This document shows, piece after piece, positions 54,563 to 64,000 of a stretch of DNA of 64,000 bases. The position numbers and the translations under genes were made by a program. This DNA is from the human T2T-CHM13v2.0 reference genome, Homo sapiens: the NCBI RefSeq assembly GCF_009914755.1, contig NC_060929.1, one strand, 5' to 3'. Position 1 is the first letter of the stretch, and each line of letters starts with the position of its first letter. The notes beneath the pieces were generated by a model. That model had not been told where the DNA came from. It saw only the letters and a program-made list of their open reading frames with translations, and did not search any database.

Positions 54563-57454
54563 GTGACATCTGATCAAGAGACCCACATAACAGAAAAGGA
54601 TGCCACTAAATGTGCCCACTACGGAGTAAGAAATAAAAAAACTAATATTTTTGACTAAACCTAATTCCTTGATATAGTGAACACTAAAATGATTCTTTTC
54701 AGAAACTATTCAAGTCTTTGAAAAAGCAGAGACTTTACCGTGGTAGGCGAAATTCCTTCTTCATGGTAAGTCCCTCTTCCGTAGCCAATCTATGATTGGA
54801 TTCAGGAATGAGTTGTGAATAAAAGAAACAGAAATCATATCTAATCAATAGGTTTCCTAAACCCTGAAGCATTTGGGAGCATTCCTATGATAAACAACCT
54901 GACTGAAATGCTAACTAGAAAGAATTAAAATGCTCATTTTGCTAAAAACCCAAGTTCAAAGTTGAGATAAAAAATTGAGACTCACTGAGAAAAAAAAAAT
55001 CGATTGGAAAAGATAAAAATGAAGCATAGGGTCTTAAAAGAGTAACTATCTATATAATTCTTCCATCCGAATTATTGGAAGCCCTTTGTTAGTAATACTG
55101 TGATTAATTCAATATGCATTTTTGAAAATCCACTATGGGCATGTACTGTATTAGGTAAAGTTGAACTATGGTTATAAAATAATTAGCATACATTGTATCA
55201 AATAGTATTTATTTAGATCAAGAACCCCCCTGCTCACATGAAGGATACAAATATAACTTCAGATTAGCCATCTGGAAGCCAAAGATTTAAAAAATAAAAT
55301 AAAAAGTTTAGCAAGGGTCTGAAAAAACAGATAATATATGTTATATATTAGAATAGGAGCATAGGCTAAAATTCAATATGTATTTCTTCTCTAGTCATCT
55401 AACTGATACCAAAGTACTATCTGGTTGCTGGAAAACTTGTTCATTTTTGTGCAAACAATGCTGAGAATGGATATTCAAACCTTGTGTGCATAGCTTCACT
55501 CTGTAAGGCAATAGCCCAATTTTTGACAATTAAGAAAGGTCACATTTTCGATAATCAGATATGTTGGGAAAACAGAAACAAAAGAATAAAAGAATCTAAC
55601 ACAACTAACAATGCCTTCTGTACTTCACGGTCCCCAGACAACAGATTTCAAACAAGGAAGTATTATGTTTGTGTCTTTTGTGTGCATCATAGCAAGAAGA
55701 GTTTGGTTTATATGTGCTTTACTTGAAATCACCAATTAACTGGTGGGCAGGTTGCAAAGTAAGCAAGTACACAAAGAGTTTCAATCCATCTTTTGTTAAG
55801 TTATTTGGTGTCATTATACTATTGATGTGAGAATCATAAGCAGTTTACACTTAAATGCCACTGTCCAAACTGATAATAATATAAGTCTAGTCCACCTGGA
55901 AATGGGCTTTTATTGTCTTAGAAACTATGAGCAAAAGAAGCACCATTTTGGTTAAAATCTGGGCCAAGATTCCCTAGACCAGGTATATCATTATATAATG
56001 CCTGTGATATCACAGAGCCTAGGTTTGGTCTAGACATGTCCTAATTGTATGGAGGAAACTTAAGCCTTGCAAGCCAATTGAATGGAGAACTAGGCACCCC
56101 ACAACCACCAACAATGCACATGTATATTAAAAAAAAAGGTCTTTACCAAAGAGGGAGTCAAGAAGATAAATACCGTTTGATCAATTCAATCATGGCTCCA
56201 CCAAATAGTGGTATCTGTACAGCTGCTGTAATTATGATAATCTTGTCTTTGTTGTTCAAAGCATGTCCCAAGATTCAAATAAATCTTTAATAAGAAGCTG
56301 CTTAACCAAGATGTCTGATGAGACCTACAAAATAAAGACTATGTTGAATACATAACTTACATGATTTCTATAGATCACCACTAGGGTAAACAGTTGTCTT
56401 CTCTGGGTTATTTCTTTATAGAAGTATAAAAAGACTCTGCTCCATATATAGAAAGTTGGAAAAAGTCACCTAACCTGAGGCTTCAACGTTCTAGTGAATA
56501 TACATCAATAACAACTAGGATCATGTCATTATTGTGTTACTCTCATCTCTTCAGCCAACATAATCAATTCATAGAGTCTTAAGTTCCTCACGCTCATTAA
56601 TAGAAAGAAAATGCAGCCTCACTAACCACTCATTGTATATAAAAATGTACAGGTATGTATAATAATAATTGACAGCTCTCTGTGTATAATACAATGCAGG
56701 TCAGGAAAAATCACACAAAATTTGATGACACCAATAACATCATAGACCTAAGAGGAAAAAACAGATATATCCTGCTTGATTACCCTCCATAGAACCTCCC
56801 TACGTGGACCATTTACCATGTTTGAATATCCAGCAGTTTACTTATTTTAATTTAGTGTGGTTTTCATTAACAGTATAAATCAGCATCCAATTTTCTTCTA
56901 AAAATTAAATATTCAAGGAGACATTCTGAAAGACATATAAAATTTGCATAGCAAGATGCTAAAAATCTAAACCTAGGTGAGCAGCAAATTAAAAGACTTA
57001 AACATGCTTGCCAGAGTAGAAAGTTATCTTAGTTCAGTTAAACATAGCTTGTCATATATCCACCCTGGAATTATCAGGTTGTACTGCAGCAAAGCATGAG
57101 AAGCAGTGTATCAAAAATAGGGGAATTATAATAGCTGTTCTGTGACCTCTGGAAAAACCAGATAATCTGCTCCCATTTAAGAACCCCAAGAGACAAAGGG
57201 GTAAAGTGTTCTAAAATCAAACTGAAAAAGATTTAAATATCAGATCTGGTTATACTGGTTACAAAGTCCACTTTGTCCCTTGTGATCTTCTTTGGGTAAA
57301 AGCAAGTAGAATAAAGTTATATTATTGGAGTTTTTATTAAAATTTTTAAAAGGTGAGAATTCCAAGATATATAGTATAGTTTTTCAATCCAAGATGCTAT
57401 TGATAAGATACATTTTAATCACCAAATTGCTAGAAAGCAAAATCAGTGCGCCTC

Positions 57455-58191
57455 TTAGTGCACTCTCTTTTAACCACATCTATGCCAACATCTGTTGGAT
57501 TTTTTTTTTAACTTTTTAATAACAGCCATTCTTGCAGGGGTAGGGGGGTATTTCATTTTGGTTTTAATTTGCATTTCCCTGATCATCAGGGATGTCGAGC
57601 ATTTTTTATATGTTGGTTGATCATTTATATATGTTCTCTTGAGAAATATCTACTTGTGTTATTTGCCCACTTTTGAAGATCCTATTTAGTTTTTTCTTTC
57701 TGATTTGAGTTACTTGTAGATTCTTGATATTGCTCCTTTGTCAGACACATAGTTTGCAAATATTTTCTCCCCGTCTGTGGGCTATCGGTTTACTCTGATG
57801 ATTCTTTTGCTGAACAGAAGCTTTTTAGTTTAACTATGTCCCATTTATTTATTTTTGTTTTAGTTGCATTTGCTTTTGAGGTCTTAGTCATGCATTCTTT
57901 GCCAAGGCCAAGTCAATGTTCAGAACAGTAATTCCTAGGTTATCTTCTAGAATTTTCATGGTTTCAGGCTTTAGACCTAAATCTTTGATCAATCTTAAGT
58001 TGATTTTTGTTTAAGGTGACCTATCTGTGGTTAGCCAGTTTTCCCAGGATCATTTATTAAGTAGGATGTCCTTCCCCAATTTATGTTTTTGTATACTCTG
58101 TTGAAAATCAGTTGGTTTTATGTATTTAGCTTTATTTCTGGGTTCTCTATGCTGTTTCATTTGTTCGTGTCTACTTTTATTTACACCAGTA

Positions 58192-58251
<60 letters not shown>

Positions 58252-58592
58252 AGACAGCGTCTCGCACTGCTCACTGCTGCCCCAGGCTGGAGTGCAACGG
58301 TGCAATCTCAGCTCACTGCAGCCTGGACCTCTCAGGCTCAAGTGATCCTCACACCCCAGCCTACTTCATAGCTGAGACTACAAGTGCATGCCATGACACC
58401 TGGCAAATTCTGGAATATTTTATAGGACTGGGTTTTGCCATGTTGCCCAAGCTAGTCTTGAACTCCTAAGCACAAGAAATCCTCTCACTTCTGCCTCCCA
58501 AATTGCTAGAATCATAGGTGTGAGCCACCGTCTCTGGCCAGGATTGCTTTCCTAATTCTGTGAAAAATGATGTTGGTATTTTGACAGGAATT
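57455..58592 (-). mobile_element. L1PB-like ORF2 3' fragment interrupted by AluJ
   Basis: gccattcttgcaggggtagg..tttaatttgcatttccctg; cagaagctttttagtttaa; ctgtgaaaaatgatgttggtattttga. Confidence 0.8.
58194..58539 (-). mobile_element. AluJ with a 57-nt uninterrupted poly(A) tail
   Basis: T run at 58194-58250; ctcactgcagcctggacctctcaggctcaagtgatcctc is J-type. Confidence 0.9.
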
Positions 58593-58621
58593 GGAGTTTG
58601 GGGTATGTAGGATACACACTT

Positions 58622-60097
58622 TTTAAAAAATATATATGCTCATAAGTGGGATAGCTAGATTATATGATAGTTCTATTGTTGATATTTGGAGGAACTTCAA
58701 TATTGACTTCCATAGAGGTTGCATGACTTTGCATTCCCACTAACAGTGTACAAGCATTCCAATTTCTTCACATCCTTACAACATTAGTGATAACTCTCTT
58801 TTATAATAGTTAGTTTATAATATATTAGTGATAACTCTCTTTTATAATAGTCATCCTAACAGATGTGAGATGATATCCCATTGTGATTTTTTTGCTTTGC
58901 ATTTCCCAAATGATTAGTAATGTGAAACATTTTTTCATATTCCTGTTGGTCATTTGTATGTTTTTACTAGAGAAATGTTGGTTCAAATACTTCACCCATT
59001 TTTAATCAGTTTATTATGTGTGTTTTGTTTCATTTTGTTTGCTTTTGTTTTTTGCTCTTGAGTTGTAGGAGTTACTCATATATTTTATTAACCCATTATC
59101 ACATATATAATTTGCAAATATTTTCTCTCATCTTGTAGGTAACCTTTTCACTCTGTTCATTGTTTCTTTTGCTATGCAAAAGATTTTAGTTTTATATAGT
59201 CCCACTTGCCTATTTTTGCTTTTGTTGCTTGTGCTTTCAGTCCATATTCAAGAAATCATTGCCAAGACCAGTGTCATGAAGCTTTTCCTTTATGTTTTCT
59301 TCTAGGAGTTTTACAGTTTCCAGTATTTTTTATCTTTAAGTTTTTAATCCATTTTGAATTCATTTTTGTACATGTTGTAATGAAAGTTTTCACGTAAATA
59401 TCAACTGATGATACATATGTAGGTGCTGGGTGTTCTATTCTGTTACATTGGTCCGTATGTCTCTATGAATGCCAGTATCCTACTATTTCAATTAGTGTAG
59501 GTTTACAGTACATTTTGAAGTTAGGAAGTGTGATGTGTCCAGCTTTGTTCTTCTTTCTCAAGATTACTTTGTATATTCAGGATATTTTGTGGTTTCATAA
59601 AATTTTAACCAGGGACTGGAAAAGATATCTGCACTCATATATGCTTTGCAGCGTTATTCACAACAGCCAAAATGTGGAAACAACTTAGATGCCCATTGCC
59701 AAATTAATGAATAAAGAACATGTGGTACACAGATACAATGGAATATTATACAGCCTTAAGAAAGAGGAAAATACTGTCAAATATGACAACATGGATGAAT
59801 CTGGAGAACATTATGCTAAGGAAATAAGCCAGTCACAGAAACACAAATGCTGTGTTTTTCCACTTATATCGGGTATTAAAAGTAATCAAATTTATAAAAC
59901 CAGAATAGAATGGTGTTTTCCAGGGAGTGGGCAATGGGAAGTTGCTGCTTAATAGGTGTTAAGTTTCAGTTATGCAAAATCAATAAGTTATAGAGATCTT
60001 TTGTACAACAGTTTTCCTCTAGTTAATAATACTGTGCACTTAAAATTTGATTAAGAGGGTATATAATATGTTTAATGTTCTTACCACAAGGAATTTA
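58622..60097 (+). mobile_element. L1MA (about MA7-9) with 5' inversion: inverted part 58622-59605 (-), 3' part 59606-60097 (+)
   Basis: Orientation switches near 59605; 3' end gtttcagttatgcaaaatcaataagtt..tgttcttaccac; TSD-like ggataca(tt)cactt on both flanks. Confidence 0.75.
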
Positions 60098-60155
60098 AGG
60101 AAGGAAGGAAGGAAGGAAGGAAGGAAGGAAGGAAGGAAGGAAGGAAGGAAGGAAG
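60098..60155. repeat. (GGAA)n, about 14 units
   Basis: Directly visible, at the position of the L1 tail. Confidence 0.97.
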
Positions 60156-60339
60156 GGATACATTCACTTCTTACACCCTTCCAAGAAACCTATGTAATAA
60201 GGTAAGAAATAATGAACAATATTTACTATGTGAAAGAGATAGATTATTTTTATTCATTTATGCTTTCACTCTAGAAATGTAAAGGTGTAAATGTATCCAA
60301 AAATAATAACATTTATGTGTCAGATGGTTTATATGAATT

Positions 60340-60510
60340 ATCATTTGGTTAAAAAAGTAATACTATAAAGCAGTTATGCTTTTTAGCTCAATTTTATAGA
60401 TGAATAAATAGAGGCACAGTTTATCCAATATCACATAGCTAGAAAGTGAGAAATCCGGGGTTTGGACACAAATAGTGTACTTGCCTAGTCGATGCCTTTA
60501 AGAACTATAC
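60340..60510 (-). mobile_element. MIR
   Basis: attttatagatgaataaatagaggcacag..tcacatagctagaaagtg. Confidence 0.65.
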
Positions 60511-62473
60511 CATGTAAGTTCAGTAAGGTGGCTGGGAATAAAATTAATTTAAATAATTAGAGTATTTCCATGCATCTACAAGAGCTAACTTAAAATTAAA
60601 CAGAACTATCTCATTTGGATATCAAAATGTTGACTATATTGAAATGAATTTATTTGAATGTGCAAGACATGTATGGATAAATATAAAATTTTGTTGAAGA
60701 TCATAAGTGTTTAAATCAATGGGCAGTTACTATTTCCAGATTTAAAAATATTTAAAAATGGCTATTGTAATAAATGAAGTGCAACAAACTTCAAAATCTG
60801 AGGGCCTTAAAACAGAGTTTTTCTCCTAAATTAAGAAAAAAAATTGATGAGATGAGCCCAAACAAAGGATGTGGCAAATAAGAATGAAGAGTAGAGCTGA
60901 ACTTATGGATATGTGCGCATACCAAACTCAAGTAGTCCACAGAGTTAGATTCTGCCTCAAGAAGGAAATTGTGAAATAATGCCAAAACAGGTTCCTGAAT
61001 AAATAACAACTGAGTTATATATAAACAGTATAACATTAAAAAGTAGGCAAAAAGGGACACAGCATTCCATAAGAAATATTAATTCAATTGCAAATATTCA
61101 GAGAACAAAAGTAGTTCATTTTGTGTACAAATTAGGTTTTCACTAATAATCAAAATAGAAAACAAAATAAATAGAACAAAAAAGTATATGACTATCTTTT
61201 ACTATCTCTTACTTGATAAAATACAGTACTAATACATTTTTTAATTCCTACATTTTTCCTTTCTGTGTTGGGTAAAACAAAAGTTTGAAGAGGATAGGAA
61301 AATTAGTAACCCTTCAGAATTTTGGAGGCCCTGTACAAAATAATTCTTTTTTATTTAATCAAATGAAAACAGTACAATAATATAAAGGATTTTTTTTTTA
61401 AAGTTTAGCTTTCTATCTCTGTGTAAAAGAAGATGCTTTATAGTATTTATTCATCGGCACGGGTGTCTCTAAGTGAATTCCTAAGCAAAAATTAATGAAT
61501 GTTAACTTTTCTGTCAGAGAGAGATCATACTGATAATTTCACATAACCAAAAACTGACTAATGTTTCTAAAGCTGAAAATAATATAATTATATAGTTCTC
61601 TATTGAAGACTATTTAAAACTTATTTTGCATTTCAATCAATTACATAGTTAAAGGAAATTTTTCATTGTTCTTTCACAACAAATTTTTAACTCAAAAAAG
61701 AAATTTTACTGTTTGAAAAAATGTCAAGAATGACTTACATGAATGGGCCTCTGTATTAGAGCCTGTCGCATCTTACCCTGCTCAGGATCTCAATATATTT
61801 TCTGCTTACTTTTTCTAAAATATATTATTTAGTTATATACTGTGGTTGTCTCAATTCTTGAAAATTTCCATTCTGTTATAATCAAAGAAGAGTGCAATTG
61901 TCCCACTGATTCATTTTTAATTTAAATCAAATATAAAATATCCTAGGAAATTTTAAAAAGTATGTTCAATAGTATATTCATTCTTTACATTTTCCTCCCC
62001 TGTATATATTCCCTAAGATGAAGTGTTGTTTTAAGGTTTGTCTTACTTTTACTTCTCCTTTTTAGGACAAAAGCAGCTTAGTTAGAAGGATTTATCTTCT
62101 CCAAATTTAGACAGTAGTAGCCCACTTGCATTGATATCAAAACCATTATATATTTTAATGCCATGGTAACTCTACTTAGAATCATAGGACCATGGGCTTG
62201 TATAGGTAGTAAGATATCTTGGAGATTTTTCAGTTGTAAGATGGGGAAAGCTCACTGTCTAAACTCCATATAGAAACTCTCAGAGATTCAACATTAAGTC
62301 TGGATCTCTACCTAGTAACAACACTCCATAAAGTTTAGATAAATTACATAATACTGGAAAGGGTTTCAATAATTAAGCTAAACTATGTTACAATAGGTTT
62401 TGAAAATTACAAATTATTTTACTATGTTTATAGATTGAAATGTTCCAATTTTTCACTTTTCACAAAATATAGG

Positions 62474-62825
62474 TGTTTAAATCGATTTGGGCTTCCATTA
62501 CAAAATATCATAAACTGGATAGCTTATAAACAACAAAAATTTATTTCTCACAGTTCTGGATTCTGGAAATATGAGATCAGAGTGTCAGAGCGGTCAGTTT
62601 CTGGTGAGAACTTTTTTGGGGTCTCAGACTGCCAACTTCTTACTGTAACTTCACATGACAGAAGGGAGTAGACAGCTCGCTGTCTTTTATAAGGGCACTG
62701 ACTCCCCTTCTCCACCCTCATGACCTAATCCAATCCCGAAGGCCCCTTTTCCTAGTATCTTCACATTGGGGAGTAGGATTTCAGCATATGAATTTAAGAC
62801 AAGCACAAACATTCAATCTATAGCA
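62474..62825 (-). mobile_element. MLT1A/A0 solo LTR with perfect TSD
   Basis: gcttataaacaacaaaaatttatttctcacagttctgga; ends aaacattcaatctatagca; TSD atagg at 62469-62473 and 62826-62830. Confidence 0.88.
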
Positions 62826-62899
62826 ATAGGCAAAATTACTGATGATATCTAATACCTCTTGGATGCTTAATTTGTATAAGATGTTTTTCAAAACTGATT

Positions 62900-63050
62900 T
62901 TCCTTCCTCTCCAAAGCCCTAAAAAATTGGACCATTATTATGTCCATTTTATACAAGAGAAATCAAGAACTCCCCAGCGATGGTGCAGCTGGTTAGAAGA
63001 AAGAATTAGAAGAAAGACAACGTGGTTGCAGTGTAGACACCATTCTCTTA
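62900..63050 (-). mobile_element. MIR fragment
   Basis: cattattatgtccattttatacaagagaaatcaag. Confidence 0.5.
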
Positions 63051-64000
63051 GTGTGATACAGTGCTAATCCTCCTAGGATAACAGTGAAATAATTTATAGA
63101 AGGTCCAGGCAAATTGCACTTACATATTCTTTTTTTCTCTAATTTAATGATGTAAATTAAACAAGATTATCCAGCATTTTTTAATATAGTTGTATTCTGT
63201 TACTTAGCTCATATCATGAAATCACATATTTATTAAAATATTAATTGAATCTAGCTAAATGCATTTTAAATATAAGTAGTTTCCAGAGAAACATTTCACT
63301 TTTTCTGTTCAGATGCTCCCTTCAGAATTAGACAATGTGTATTTCCTGAGATAAGAAAAGCTTTATAATTCTCCACTGCAGTAATTTTCTCCCGGGCCGC
63401 AACTATGTCCAGTCTAAGAAGAGTAGTTAAAGCAAATTAGTCATTCTAAGTATGACTTACTTTCCTTCCAGCATTTGAAAGGTATGTAGAATCACCTAGA
63501 AAGAGGGTAATTAAGAGAATTTCCAAATTCTCTATCTACCATATTCCTAATTGATTCATATTTCTTCTTCTTCATTTTTCTACTAATATTCCACTTTATT
63601 TTTTCATTCATGAATATAGAAATTCCCTCTGCTTAAATGATTTCAGATGTTTGCTCAGAGCTAAATAATGTATATGTATTGTTGTCTATTTTCTTGAAAA
63701 TTTGACACCCACAGCAAAAGTTATTCTTGCAATGCATATTATATCAAACAAATTAAAGAAAAATCGATATGATGAATTAATTATAATAAATGGCTTCACA
63801 CTTTGTATAGTATAATTATTTCAGATTAAATAAATTATAAGTTGGGTACATTGGTTTTCAGTTGAGCAAGAATATTCTTTTCTTTTTCAGTCAGGCAACT
63901 AATGTATCATAACTGAATAATGTAATAACATAAATGTTTCAATTTCCAAACAGAGGAAAGGGGAATGTAAAATTTGCCTATAAGTCAAATGGTCATTCAG

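Noticed and set aside
63388-63402. GC-rich cccgggccgc patch as a CpG island
   Set aside because: Only about 12 bp in a very AT-rich context.

Overview
AT-rich, CpG-depleted primate (human-like) genomic DNA, intergenic or deep intronic. It is dominated by fossil interspersed repeats: about 12 Alu/FLAM copies, many L1 fragments (L1PA, L1PB, L1MA, L1MC/MD/ME), MaLR/ERVL/ERV1 LTRs (including a complete MSTA-type provirus with a perfect 5-bp TSD), MIR/L2 remnants, DNA-transposon MITEs (Made1, MER58, MER5) and microsatellites. I can support no protein-coding gene. The ORFs I could assign are Alu, L1 or MaLR read-through, and the rest look like chance ORFs. I see no convincing new biological system. 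The most unusual signals are repair-like scars: an 84-bp templated insertion bracketed by 14-bp direct repeats with a fold-back, a 38-bp flank duplication around an LTR, and several micro fold-backs. Also notable are a twin-priming-type inverted old L1, an L1 whose 5' end is joined directly to its 3' end, an internally deleted Made1, an AP-1 motif cluster in repeat-poor DNA and one in-frame candidate exon. Subfamily names come from remembered consensus features and need RepeatMasker/Dfam confirmation.
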